Source: Lingula anatina | Lineage: Eukaryota; Animalia; Brachiopoda | Assembly (NCBI GenBank): GCA_051362555.1 | Contig: CM120647.1 | Location: 4,216,001 to 4,280,000, forward strand | DNA length: 64,000 nt | Reading direction: 5' to 3' | Notes under the pieces: model-generated | Databases searched by the model: none | Told to the model about the DNA's origin: nothing | Seen by the model: the letters and a program-made list of their open reading frames with translations, nothing else | Part shown: positions 1 to 12,873 of the stretch, piece after piece | How the letters are laid out: the number at the start of each line of letters is the position of its first letter | Position numbering within the stretch: the stretch's first letter is position 1 | Position numbers and translations under genes: made by a program

Positions 1-145
1 CCGTGCGTTCTTTGACCGTCCAACGGCGACCTGTCACACAAAGGAGGCACAGCACACCGGCCAATGTTACGTGGTTTATGTGCCAGTGGATTTTGTACAC
101 ATGGTTAGATAATGTTCCACAGTGGTTGGATAATGTGCCACAGTA

Positions 146-148
<3 letters not shown>

Positions 149-225
<77 letters not shown>
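149..225. repeat. (AT)n microsatellite
   Basis: Long perfect AT run; a second one lies at about 1763-1835. Confidence 0.95.
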
Positions 226-229
<4 letters not shown>

Positions 230-267
230 GTGGTGGTGGAGGAGGAGGGGAGGAAAAAAAAAAAGAC

Positions 268-339
268 AGATTCTACCGAGATTTGAACTCGGATCGCTGG
301 ATTCAGAGTCCAGAGTGCGAACCATTACACCATAGAACC
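268..339 (-). tRNA. trnQ: tRNA-Gln(CTG), with a G2-U71 wobble and an A21>C change
   Basis: Reverse complement reads GGTTCTATGGTGTAATGGTTCGCACTCTGGACTCTGAATCCAGCGATCCGAGTTCAAATCTCGGTAGAATCT: 72 nt, cloverleaf, A and B boxes, anticodon CTG. An oligo-T Pol III terminator follows immediately (A-run at 254-264 on +). Confidence 0.93.
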
Positions 340-475
340 ACGTATAACCAATAACATATCATTATAATCACACGGAAAATGAAACGCTGCTTAATATCGT
401 TTGATCTTAAATGCTACTACAATTAACATGTATTGCTGAATATAACACACTCACTCACTATCTCACACACGCACA

Positions 476-689
476 CAGGGGCGAATTCAGGATTTTTTGA
501 AGGGGGTGGGGGTCCGCGGTTGCGATGTCGACCCCCCCCCCTTGGCGTGGGGTCCAGGGCCCAATAAAGGGGTCGAAAATATTGGTATTTTAGAGGACGA
601 ACTGTGCCACTTGGTACGGTTTAGAACTATGATTCAGAAGAAAAATAGTGTGATCTTTTCTTCAGACCCCCCCCCCAAATCCGCCACTG
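476..689. mobile_element. Non-autonomous TIR element (MITE) with CAGGGGCG...CGCCACTG ends
   Basis: Imperfect terminal inverted repeats CAGGGGCGAATT / AATCCGCCACTG. It interrupts the flank shared by the tRNA cassettes. No clear TSD. Confidence 0.65.
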
Positions 690-1389
690 TGTTATGCTGG
701 GAAAGTTAAGCCTGCCCGGAACGTTCCTAGTTAAATGATTTCAGATGCTGTTATTTAAATTTTGATTTACACTTTGTTTGCGCTCGACTTCACCTGTCAC
801 GTTACAGAGCACGATAAGAGCCAAACGGTTCACAAATTGAGTGATTTTAGTTGGTAGTAGTCTTTGCCATTTCAACGCCCACAGTGGAGTTTCCCTGGGT
901 ACTGTATAAATGTATGTACAGTCTTGATAAGCAAGGCCAAAGGGGGGGGGGGGGGGCATAGAAATAAAGCGCATGATTCTGTAAAGCAACAGCGGCAGTG
1001 TGGCTTTTGAAACAAATTCTTTTCTTGTTGTTAATTCCAACGAGCAGAAAGCATTTTTTAGATGCAAGAGCAGTTTGACATGCATGACGCCATGCCGGGT
1101 AAGGCACTGATTCAGTTCAGTTTTGATCTGTTGCGTAGTTGGTAAAGGATAGAGATCATTGACCATCCCCGACAAAGTATCTTTTTAAAGACTTTAAAGC
1201 AAAGAGAAAAAAAATATAATTGACGACGCAGATTTTATGATAATGACGAGCAATAAGTTGTTGTCAAAATCGTTTACTAATTCTTAACTATATCGGATTT
1301 TTATGCAAAAGGCAATTTGCCGGGACCCACGGAGCCTGAATTCGTTTTCGCTTGCGGGTCCAGCTCGTTGCTGTGGTGATGCGACATGG

Positions 1390-1645
1390 GTCATCTGCGA
1401 TTTGAATTCGTGACTTGCAGTTACCATTGTTTGCTCATGTACTTTTTTGGAACCAAGCACGCTACCGACTGCGCCGTTAATGATCCACCCACACTCCCTA
1501 CGTACGAGTTTCCTCTTATAGTAATCAAACGCAATTTTTAGAAATTATTTCGATCAAAAAGAAACATTGGAAATCTTAGGATTCGAACCCACGTTGAAGT
1601 GTCTAGCTGTGTCCAAGACGGCGAAGTTACCACAGAGACACAGAA
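1390..1645 (-). mobile_element. Degenerate tRNA-derived SINE head(s)
   Basis: Minus strand has an A-box-like GGCGCAGTCGGTAGCG (~1458-1474) with a decayed B box (~1395-1410), and a separate good B box GGGTTCGAATCC (~1579-1590). No full cloverleaf. Confidence 0.35.
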
Positions 1646-1761
1646 GCTTCGCTGAAAAGTTACGGATCAAATGGAAACTTTCTACTTTCTCACAGAGAGG
1701 GACAGTTGGGCTGTACATATACATGTATTAATCTGCCATAACAATCAATAGGCCATGAGCC

Positions 1762-1837
<76 letters not shown>

Positions 1838-1961
1838 CACCCCGCGCATCGCCAGTCTGCGAACATGGCATTATCATCAATAATTAAAACCGCATGTCCC
1901 TGAATATGACACACAAAGACAGACACACTCGCACACACACAAACACACACGCACACGCACG

Positions 1962-2004
<43 letters not shown>

Positions 2005-2081
2005 CCATCGTCACCCCAACAACGAGCCAATCCCTACGTGACGTGACTAGGCTTATAACGTCATCTAACATAACAATGATA

Positions 2082-2089
2082 TGACGTCA
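2082..2089 (+). promoter_or_regulatory. Perfect CRE (TGACGTCA) upstream of the duplicated kinase exon 1
   Basis: TGACGTCA here and TTACGTCA at the paralogous position (13422-13429), with further ACGTCA half-sites in both copies. Confidence 0.4.
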
Positions 2090-2197
2090 TAAGCGCGGGA
2101 TTACCGGGATTACCGTTGTCATAACGTTGGATTATTCGATATTTACACACTGAACGGTGAAAGGCACAAGTAGTTGTTATCAGTTAAGAAATAAGAA

Positions 2198-2257
2198 ATG
2201 TTTTGTATGTGTAGATTGCAAGCGCTAGATCTTCGGGTGAAAAAGTCCACTTATTTG
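2198..2257 (+). pseudogene. Orphan duplicate (or alternative first exon) of kinase exon 1: MFCMCRLQALDLRVKKSTYL
   Basis: ATG to phase-0 donor TTG|GTGAGT, 20 codons. Paralogous to 13537-13596 (MYRINRFQALDFRIKRSTYL). About 130 bp upstream and the start of the intron also align (2070-2280 vs 13411-13620). Confidence 0.7.
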
Positions 2258-2283
2258 GTGAGTTTATAAAATTTCTTGAACTC

Positions 2284-2365
<82 letters not shown>

Positions 2366-2710
2366 GTGTGTGTGTGTATTATGGTGAATTGAATAAAAAA
2401 TGTTACCTCATGAGTTTCAAATAATTGCAAGTATTTATTTCAGTGCACGTTTGAAGTCAAACCATTGGGTTACAATTTTAAATTATTTGCTTGACAGATG
2501 TATCAAACTAAAGTGCGGCTTTCATTTCGTGATTTAGATGAAATTAAGTATGTAAATATATTTTTTTTAATTCTCAATTTTTCTTATCGCTATTTTGTAA
2601 CACACAAAAAATACCCATACCCAGTTTATATATGTTGGCCGCTTTTTCATCAGTATGGCAACGTTGAACGACAATTCTACTTCTGCGATTGTTTCAAAAG
2701 AAAGGACGAA

Positions 2711-2782
2711 AGGTTCTACCGAGATTTGAACTCGGATCGCTGGATTCAAAGTCCAGAGTGCTAACCATTACACCATAGAACC
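2711..2782 (-). tRNA. trnQ: tRNA-Gln(TTG), canonical
   Basis: Reverse complement reads GGTTCTATGGTGTAATGGTTAGCACTCTGGACTTTGAATCCAGCGATCCGAGTTCAAATCTCGGTAGAACCT: all stems paired, anticodon TTG, T4 run downstream. Confidence 0.96.
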
Positions 2783-2901
2783 GCTTATGTGAATTACTGT
2801 ATCGTTATATTGACAGGGAGAAAAGACATCTGTTTCATATCGTTTGATCTTGAATGCTACGCCAATGCATTAAAATGTATTGCTGAACAGAACACACTCA
2901 C

Positions 2902-2979
<78 letters not shown>

Positions 2980-3303
2980 ACACACACACACACACAGACA
3001 GAATAAAGACATATGCTGCCTACAAAGATAGTTACAAATTAAGGTCGGGATGGGCGAAATTTAGTTTATAATCTGAAAATGTGCTTTGACAAATAACCAT
3101 AATTGAATGCATTTGACGATTATCTTTGAGATAATACAAAATTATATGCGGCGCGTATTTTGCACCCACAATTCGCTTGTTTTCACACTGCCCCAGCACC
3201 TTCTCTCAAGCAAGTGTTTTATGTCTGTTTTATCAGAATGGTTTGTCCCAAAAGTGGATAATAGAATGTCTGAGGAAAATGAAATTTTATGAAGACTCCG
3301 CAT

Positions 3304-3334
<31 letters not shown>

Positions 3335-4839
3335 ACCTCTCTCATACACACACACGCCACACGCGGGCTCATATATACCATGATATTCTGGTAAGGATGC
3401 GATTACAACTCGCTCCTGCTCATTAATTGCTGCTCCAGCCTCTCATATCCGAAGTCAGGAACACAATCATTACTTTGTCATACCTGGTGCAATATATTGT
3501 CACTTTAGCTGTATCATTTGTCTGTCAGTGTCTCTCCTCACACATTGAGTCCCGACACATAAAATGGGGCCTTGTTCCCAATTCTAGAAAATGTTGTCTT
3601 TTGAGCATGCAGTTTTATTCTATCATTAAGTCAAATCCAATTGAACTTTAACCGTGCAATTATACCAGTTTGGCATTGCAGTGAGTTAAATTTAGATAAC
3701 AACTTCTGCAGTAACCATGGTAACCGGTTTGGGTTTGAGTGAATAATGGGATTCAAAACAATAAGCACCTTTTTTTTTTAGATGTTTATCGATACAAGCT
3801 TATATCGTGTGTTGTTAGCTGTTATCTGTGTCGCTTGTTGTCGGGAGAGTGGGCGAAAAAATATTTTAAAAAGTATTTTGCCGCCGGTATACATAAGTTC
3901 CTTCCCAAAAAAACTCACCGCGCTTAGCGATACAAAATCACCGAAACAAATGCCTCACATGCTTCAGATTACGGCCTGTTATGAATTATTTGCCCATAAT
4001 AAATATGCCGATGGAGTATACTTTTGGGAGCATAAATTTAACGGTGACTGAACAAAGCACCGAACTTAATAAAGAATGGATAATACTTTTCCCTTTTGAA
4101 GAATTATATTCGTAACATAATTCAAAATGATATTTATGTTTTAGGTACAAAACCGCGAAGAAAGATTGTTAATAATATTGCCTAGAGTTCGTGAAGAATT
4201 TGGAAGGTCAAACCGATTTTTATTTTTATTTTTATTATTTATTTTATTTTATTTTATTTTATTTTTATTTATTTATTTATTATTTATTATTATTATTATT
4301 TTATTTATTTTTTTTTTGTCACGACTCTATCGTCCGCCACGTATACCATGTGTTTGTTGCAATCGTAAATATTTCAGGACAGTTTCACATTGCAAAATAA
4401 ATACACCGCAAACAAGTATAACTCTTCATCATTTTAATTCATACAGGAAGTCACTTGGTATTCATACATATTGTGAGAGTATGAAGTGCATAATATTCCC
4501 GCCTATATGTTTTCCTCATGACATCAGCGAAAGCGTAAGAAAACAATCAAAATAACTCCGAGAGTTATGTAATTTCAGATATAAGTCCAATCTGCGATTT
4601 GAGATTTATTCTAAGAATCTAACCATAACTATATCAACAATTTGAAACTTTAAAAATACAACAGTCGAAAGGTAAATCGAATAACAGAGAGAAAAAACAA
4701 AACGTCTGAATATATATATATATATCAGTCTGTCTTTGTCTGCATATGTCCGTGTGCGCATGCGTTATCTACTATGGTTGTTCTCAGAATCCGGGTCACT
4801 CAAACTTATTCAGAAAGCCTTGCTTGTGTTGGATAATGG

Positions 4840-4997
4840 CAGGGGCGGATTTAGGTCGTCTTCCGGAAGACGGTCAGATTTTCAAGTTTACATAGACGGG
4901 TATCTATTTTTTCTGTCGGAAGACGGTCAGAAATGGGGGATGGCGCAACACAGATAATTTGGAAGACTGTCAGAAAATATGTCTGGATCCGCCACTG
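4840..4997. mobile_element. MITE with CAGGGGCGGAT...ATCCGCCACTG ends
   Basis: TIRs CAGGGGCGGATTTAG / CTGGATCCGCCACTG and three internal GGAAGAC(G/T)GTCAGA repeats. Same terminus type as 476-689. Confidence 0.7.
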
Positions 4998-5717
4998 AGT
5001 GGGTGTTAGGTAATATGGAATAATTTGCAGTAGTCTACATGTTCTGAATTGGGAACTAAACTGGTAAATTTGAACATTCCCCACTAAGATTGTGAATTGA
5101 TATGTGCACTTGAAATTTTGTCTCTGTGTTCTCTCTCTCTCTCTCTCAAGGCTTTCTTAAAATATGGGTTGACTTATTCATTCGTCATCATCCTCTTCCT
5201 CATCCTCATCGTTATCATCGTTGTCATCGTTGTCAGCCTCAGTTCGTAACAACTGTTGAAGGAGCTGTAATGCCGAAAACATTTGCCAGGATAATAGCTT
5301 TTACAATGTGAATAATGCTACTGCTGCAGTTCTTACATGAAATAAAGAACATTTCTACCCGAACGTTCCATCTCCAAAATAATTTAAAAAGTTAACATTG
5401 CAGTGATTGACGGTTGTGCATAAAGATTTTAAAAATACATTGATATTTTGATAAATATTTTATAAAAGATAATATTTGATATGGCATGAAATGAAAAATC
5501 TGCAGATTGTAAAAATCCCTAGCAATTATAAAATTTCATTGCAAGATCTTTTAAAAAATTGCACCCAACCAGGATAAAAACAATTAACTTTGATAGGCCA
5601 GTAAATACACTGTATTATAACATTATAGGTTTTAAAATAGTCATTTCATTATTATAAAAATAATAATAAATCCACTAAAAAGCTTCACTTATAGCTCCGC
5701 TGATGATCTCACTGATT

Positions 5718-6255
5718 CTATCTATCAAAAAAACGGTTTAGTAGTGGTCCAATAATGCTCCGTGTGAATTTTCTTACCTCGTCGCCGGCCCCCTCACCCG
5801 TCTCCTGGCCGTCTTCCAGCTCATTGCTATCGCCATGGACGTGAATGTGGGTGGTACCATGGCCGCGACGGCGGCGGCGGCGGCTGCAGTGGCGGCGGCG
5901 GCGGCGGGCATGCCAGAAAATACCTAAAAGTGGAATTAACAAGAATTTTTCTCTGTGGTAACATGCAGATGCTCTCTTTAGATATCACCATGTCCTTACT
6001 GCTGTTTGTCATAATTTTAAAGTTTCATTTTAATCATTTCACTTAAATCATTTTTTTTTTGACGGAACTAGGCACTTAAGATGTTTGCCAGTTTTGTGAA
6101 GGATCGAAACTCAGTAAAAAACTGTGGAACAAAACCAAGATGAAATTATCTCTCCTTTTAACTCTCATAATGTTATGCTTACCTTCCGATTCATCAAACA
6201 TCTCCACTAGAAGCATGATGCCTAAGAGCACGGCGAACCACTTCAGCTTGTTCAT
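5718..6255 (-). CDS. Secreted Arg-rich prepropeptide, 92 aa (candidate antimicrobial/host-defence peptide)
   Basis: Exon 1 is 6255-6183 (donor G|GTAAGC) and exon 2 is 5923-5718 (acceptor TTTTAG|GT). Phase 1 matches; 279 nt total. Protein: MNKLKWFAVLLGIMLLVEMFDESEG-IFWHARRRRRHCSRRRRRRGHGTTHIHVHGDSNELEDGQETGEGAGDEVRKFTRSIIGPLLNRFFDR. Classic n/h/c signal peptide ending S-E-G at the exon junction. Confidence 0.85.
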
Positions 6256-6507
6256 AGTGAGTGTCAGCGAGGCCACGGGATAGCAGGGGTCTTTTCAACG
6301 GTAACGCGCCAACTGGAGGTGAAAACGCCCAACTCTCAGTTTTGTAGCCCTGGAAATGTCAAAGTTCCCAAGGCATGCGCAATAATTCCATTTTTAGAAA
6401 TGAATTCAGTGACGCTGAACGTGATTGTGCTGAAAGAAGGCATGACGTAGTTTTTTTCGGGACAACTTAAACCTAAGTCTCAACCAAACGTACGTGTGCT
6501 CTACGGC

Positions 6508-6546
<39 letters not shown>

Positions 6547-7834
6547 AAGAAAAAGAAAAAGAATGGGGAAAACGTGGGAGTTCGTGCGTGGGTAGCACGT
6601 CCATCGTGCGACTTTTGGAGGAGGCAAACAGCACGTAGAAACTTTTCACCAATTACTTGATTCCTTCCCTGCGATCTAGCTACATGTACGTCCTAGCCGG
6701 ACGCAAGGAACCTAAAAAACCGTGCGTCCAAAACGTAGTTGGGACTTAGGCTTTAGAGACAGCGTAAGCTAGATCCCTATCACTGAAGCTTTGAACGTCG
6801 AGTCATTATTAAGCAAAATGGGCAAATAATTACCAATGTAAGAAAGATTTAATAAGAAAATACTTTTACAAAAAGTATTCTACCATAAAATTTCTATTGT
6901 TATTTATTTTGAACAGAAACTGCTCAGACGTTTTTATGACAAAGATGACAAAAAAAAGGCGAGTCTGGAATGAAAATCATACTTATTTAAATTCAATGGA
7001 ACAAAAACTGACAGGGCAGGATTCGCTTTCAGGAACAGTTATTCGACCATGTATTGCTTGACATTTGAAAAAGAAACAGAGTACATCTTTTTGTTATACT
7101 GACATACATGTATTTTGCATTAACGTACTGCATGTCCATTGGAATTCACTGAAGTTCACTTGAAGTTCATTTTCAGGATCAAGACGATCAAACTTCATTC
7201 TGTTTGGCAACCACTAAGTAATCGGACAAGCTAAGTAACATTGTTAATTGCTCAAGCTAAATATATAATATTTAGGACGACGGGTGCTATTGAATATTTG
7301 ACATCTAGGGGGGGTCTATATGCAACCCTACAAACGAAATTTGTGCAAAAATGTTTGTAAATAATAACCTTTGATGTCTCATCGCCAAATGATGAGTCCT
7401 AGCGGACCCCCCCCCCCCCCACTCCCCCTTCAAATAATCCTGGAAATGACCCTGGATAGAGGGGTTATATTATAAAACCGACTTTGTTTGGCAAAATTTC
7501 GAACATCCAAGATTTCCTTCTCTTTTGTTATGAATGAGAGTTTGAAAGGATGGAGTTCTTTTTTCAATGTCAAGACGATCAAACTGTGCATTCTGAATTA
7601 CAACGACTAAGCATTACAAAGCGTTCTACCCAAGCCTGGGCTGTGATCGAAACTGCGTTTTTTTAAACCTCGAAAAATGTACTTAATCGGCACCTTTCGA
7701 AAAGAACACTTGCTCTTTTGATTTAATATTCAATGGTTAAATATAACTTGGATCTGTGGCCCACAGTGGTTGTTTTGTTCACCCGTGGGCTGCAAATCAT
7801 TATAGAGTTTGGACCACGCCGTTGTGTTTTTTTT

Positions 7835-8060
7835 TTACCTCCGCCAAGGAGGTTATGTTTTCGCCCCTGTTTGGCTGTCTGTTTGTTTCTCATTAACATA
7901 ACTTAACAAGTTATGGACCGATTTTGATGAAATTTTCAGGAACTCTCAGAAGTGGGCCAAGGAAGAGATGGCTAGTTTTTGGTGATGTTCCGGATCAATA
8001 ATCAATCAATAATCAATAATAATCGCTGCCTTGGCGGAGGTCTGCGCTCTCGGAGTGCTT
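7835..8060 (+). mobile_element. Short Helentron-associated non-autonomous element (HINE/DINE-1-like)
   Basis: Subterminal inverted repeats ACCTCCGCCAAGG (7837) / CCTTGGCGGAGGT (~8029), a short internal GTCT/GTTT microsatellite, a 3' hairpin GCGCTCTCGGAGTGC, and T-runs on both sides. Confidence 0.8.
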
Positions 8061-8202
8061 TTTTTATCATGCATTATGACTAAGTTGACCGCATTAAATC
8101 ATGAATCACACTCTGAGTTTATATATTTAACGGTGACAGCAAATAGTAAAGTGGTCGTGCATCGCACTTTGCTGAGTTATACGAAATGGCATTCCCTCTT
8201 TG

Positions 8203-8236
<34 letters not shown>

Positions 8237-10463
8237 ATGACAATGGACAATATCATTCAAAATTTAAGTACCAAACGCAGATCCACATCCTTCTTGAGTG
8301 TGTTGAGAGTTTTCCTTTCTTAGTCTGGGTTATCAAATTGAAAGTTTTAGAATCTTTTGTTATTCAGGTATGCTTCTTACGCACCCAACCGTCTTCCAAA
8401 AAACACTGACAATATATATATCAACTTCCAACTTCGTTGTTTGTCTTCGATGCATGACATGGCAGTTTTCGAACTTCCTTCAAGTAGGAAATAGGAGCTG
8501 CACGTTGCGCAACGCTTTAACGCACTACTGTAAGTGCTTTGATACTTTGCGTATTGCTTGATATTTGAATAGGAAATACAGGATGTATTATATTGTTGTA
8601 ATACCTATACTTATTTACTTACACGTATTTACTCCCTGGTTTTCTGTGGGTCAATTCACATTATGATCAGAAGACACCGACAATGGACCCGTTTAGATCA
8701 CCAGTCAAACAGGTTATACAGGTTCGCAGGCGATTTTTTGTCTCCTTCGTGAGATCATTATGACATCCCCAGCCGAATTTTACACTCCTAGGTCCAGTAG
8801 TTTGAGCGCCATGCTCCTTCAGTTCTGCATTGTTACATGTGGCTGCCGTTCATGGACGTCGAGCCAAACTGTTGTGTTTTTTTATCATTTCAGCGTGTTT
8901 TGAACAAGTCTCCCGTTTTGGTCGAAATCTTTTTACCCAAAGCGTACATGTACATTTTAATTAAAATTAACAGATTATCTCATTGTTTTTGTGCTATGTT
9001 CAATATCCAGAGATACCGGTACTGCGTGAAAAAGGACCAATTAAGAAGCATGCGTTTTTCACACACTTGTGCATATCTCCCGTGAAAAATATTAAATAAT
9101 GAAAATATGCAACACATTTTCAGCTAAGAAAACTATTTAAAACGACTGAAAAGGTCCGAGATGTATTACTTTGTCGCTCCATGTCCCCCACATCTGGTTG
9201 TTCATGAAAGAGATTGCAAATTGTAGTTTACGAGAAAAAGGTCAGTCTTTTACCTTGGATTCTGTGTGGTTGAAAGGATACCGCTTAATGTGATTTTTTT
9301 AAATTATTTTAAGGAAGAAAAATATCGACGTGGTTTTCATTTTTGGAAGATTTGGGTTGTAACGTAGGTCACGATATACATAATGCTGGGCCCTTAGTTG
9401 GAGTTCAGTGCCCCATAAGAAATTTTTATTTTGAGTACTTTCAGTATACGAATACGAATATCCACAGACATCCAAAAAATAGTATAGGACGGTTACATCG
9501 CCTGACAGAGATGATAAGTCCGCGCATCCAAACACTGTTTGAGGATTTGGTTTTAAGATTTACCAAGTGTATACCGACCCCATTTTTACTAATGATTCTG
9601 CATGTGTTGTCAAGTACCTTACGTATAGTGCAACAAGGCACAAATTAAGTCTTTATAATAGTTCACAATTATTTGCTTATTTTGTCGTATTATGAATACA
9701 AACTCAGATTACTTTGCTCTTAATTAAATGGATGCGTCATTGTTTGCGCCACATATAATGTATGAAGATATTTTAACTTATAACCAAAAAAAACTTTTAG
9801 AATATTTTATCAGTTGTGAAGCTATATGTACCTTCACCGTGTAAAGTCAAGTTTGGGTAATGAGCAGTATGGCCGCATTTAGGTTTCAACATGGGGTACA
9901 TTTCAACTTACACACTTTTCTTATTTGCAATGTAAATTGCCCGATGATTTTGTATAGGGGGTTCAAAGCAAGGGCGCGGATTCCAGCTCCTGAAAAGATA
10001 TACCTTTTTGAGTAAGCTTATGAATCCATCTGTTTATTTAAGCAGTTCATCAAAGCCCATTCCAATATTTTTTCCCGTTCAGATATTTTATTCACGTTAT
10101 TTTCTCTGACAGTATTGAAACCCATGCCAGGGTGAAATGTGATCAGACAACATATTAAGTATTGCATTGAAGTATGACTTACACTCACAATACAATGACA
10201 AATGTAAAAAATGGTTTACATGCTACACTACACGTGTTCAATTAAGTATAAGGACCGTCCCTCGAAGTTTGAAAATCCCTCACACCCACGTCTATTCCTT
10301 CTAAAGCTTCTTATATTTCCCAACTCAGATCCGAAAGGCGATAAATCATTTTGAATAAAAAGTTTATCAGGAGGGTACCTATAGTGTCGTTCTCATCTTT
10401 TCAGCCTTGTCGGGTGATCATGCTTTGCCAGCTGACAACAAACCAAACAACTCTCGAATCTAA

Positions 10464-10689
10464 CACCCCATTTCCATAGATTTTTAGATCGATCTATCCC
10501 TGTGGGGAGTCTCACTAGATTACTGTCAGCTTGGCGGGCTTAAGCATCTGTCCCGCCTACTAAAAGCTGTAAGGGGGTAATTAACTACGGTGCCCGTTCG
10601 GCTGACTGCAATTTAGCGTGAACCCCCAGGGAGTTAGGTCGATCTAAAACTTAATCTTTAGATCGATCTTAATCTCTGGGAAAGCACCC
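10464..10689 (+). mobile_element. Tourist-like (PIF/Harbinger) MITE, family copy 1
   Basis: TIRs CACCCCATTTCCATAGAT / ATCTCTGGGAAAGCACCC, subterminal TAGATCGATCTA palindromes, TAA/TAA TSD. Confidence 0.85.
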
Positions 10690-11692
10690 TAAGTGCAAAG
10701 ACTGAGTCGAACCAAGGCAAAGCGCATGGAGGCGTATGCCGATCTATTATATTTACACTGACAACTCATGTACAACTAAATACTTAACTTGAAAATGGAA
10801 TACAAGAACTCGAATCTAGGTGCAAAGACGGCTTGAACAGTGATTCGTGAGAAGAAAAAAAATTCCCCTTTGCCCCAGGAAAATGTATATTGATCGCATG
10901 AATGTTTTTCACATTCCTCATGAAATAAGAATAATACAAGATTGTTTCTTTAATATTGCAGGATTCCAGAAAAAAAATTGTAAGAAAAAAAAAGAGCAGT
11001 AACATCATTAACTTCTTATGCTTCTTATTTATAGATTTACTGCTCATTTTTTCATTTTAATAATACTAAGATGTGAGGGGATGGCTCAGACCCCAAAATG
11101 GCATTACTCTGTAAAATGTGCAAAAAACAATTAAAAAAAAAGATGTTTAGACCTCCAATAAGCGACTCTATATATGGCACCGATGAGTTTGATTGAAAAT
11201 ACTATAATGGCGTTACAGTTGGTTGCTCCCAAGAGCCAAACAAACAAGAGTTTTCTGAATAAGTGTAAGCCTTTCTAAATAATGAATGTCCCAGTACGTG
11301 ACAAAAGAAGAAGACTACATGCGGAGGCATAGAAATATTTTTTTAGGCAAAGGCTTTCGTGGCAAAATTTTGACTTCGTATGCATCTTTAGATAAACAAT
11401 TGTTTCGTTTACCCTTACTTTCCCGTTTTTGAGACAATCAGAGCTTCTTTAATATTTTAACACGGGTGAAAAATCATTGAGAGAAACAGGCTCAAGCAGC
11501 GATCTATGTAAAAAAATTCTTTCCCCAACCCACTGAAGCAGAACATTTTAATGACTGAATGACAAAAGATTATTACGTATAAAGGTCAGCCCGGCCATTG
11601 TGACTGCTTGCTGTCTTATTTGAAAAACGAAGCAAAAGGTAGCAAAAGTTGGGAGTGAACTGCATGCAAGCATTTCCCTGTCCACAGTATAA

Positions 11693-11910
11693 GACCCCAT
11701 TCCCAGAGATTAGATCGATCTACTTTAGATCGACCTAACTCCCTGGGGGTTGTTCACGCTAAATAGCTGTTAGCCGAGCGGGCACGAAAGTTAATTACCC
11801 CCTTACAGCTTGTAGTAGGCGGGACGGACATTTAAGCCGGATTACCTGACAGTAATCTAGTGAGACTCCGCGCGGGGATAGATCGATCTAAAAGCTCTGG
11901 GAATACGCCC
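11693..11910 (-). mobile_element. Tourist-like MITE, copy 2
   Basis: Reverse-orientation copy of the same ~220 bp element; TAA/TTA flanks. Confidence 0.85.
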
Positions 11911-12807
11911 TTAGACTTTAGCCTAAAATACATCCAGATTACTGTGCCCTTGACCGACTCGAACTCGGTCCGAGTCTTGGACAGCGCCCAAAAAAAGAAA
12001 GCCACCATTGTATTAATGCTGCACGCGCTCGCGTTATACTTGGCCATAATAACCCATTATTATTATTATGCCCAAGCGTTATATGAGTCATCAGTCCCTA
12101 CCGAAAAAAATACTAGTGCTTTTTTTTCATTTTTAGCAAACTAAATAGTGTAAAATAAAAGTGTTAAAATTTTACGTACTTGAAACAGAACGCATGTTGA
12201 GAATAAATACTCTGCTAGCAAGAACGTGCCATCCCTAACGCAATGCGTAAAGTGATACAGAATATCACGTCATAAACCTACGTTATGTATTCAACTTCTA
12301 AAATAAATTTTCGTAAAACATTCGAATGTAATGAAATTTCTGCAAAAGAAACATGCTTTTCAGATAGCTAATCAGGGCTATGGTGGAAACCGATCCTGTG
12401 ATCAGATTATTTTTAAGAAAGCACTTAAAAGAAGAGATTGTAGGTAGATATTTAGTTGCGGAGGAGAGTTGATCTCGAGAATAATAGAAAGTAGTTGACT
12501 GAATTACTGGGACATTTTGTGGAAATTCAAATGATCTTTTCGTGGTACCGAGTGTTGTTATAGTGTTTTTTGAATTGGAGAGAGATTCCCGACACATAAG
12601 ACATAAGAGTTGTGCGTCCACCTAACACAACTCGCCTCTATCTACATTACATTTAACTTGATGTGTCATTTTTATAGGCTATAAACATTTCCTCAATTCA
12701 ACGTTTTCAGTAATACAGTAGGTCTTCACGAGAGAACCGAAAACAATTAATCTCCAGCAACTCCTTCGTTTTCTGAAATGTGTAAGTATTTTGCTCACGT
12801 TGTTGTG

Positions 12808-12842
<35 letters not shown>

Positions 12843-12873
12843 TGAATATATTGAAAGAAAAAGTTGAAAACAG

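Noticed and set aside
112-354. ORF sharing RFYRDLNSDRWIQSPEC with ORF 2498-2764
   Set aside because: The shared peptide is the antisense translation of tRNA-Gln; the rest is (AT)n.
741-1175. 144-aa ORF on the minus strand
   Set aside because: No ATG start or recognisable motif; the poly-Pro comes from a G homopolymer; no convincing splice structure.
5827-6012. Proline-rich frame (PPPPPPLQPPPPPSRPW) as a Pro-rich antimicrobial peptide
   Set aside because: Alternative frame of the (CGC)n tract; the phase-1 splice from the signal-peptide exon selects the Arg frame.
6340-6650. Possible NF-kB sites upstream of the Arg-rich peptide gene
   Set aside because: GGGAACTTTG and GGGGAAAACG only partly match GGGRNNYYCC; not distinguishable from chance.
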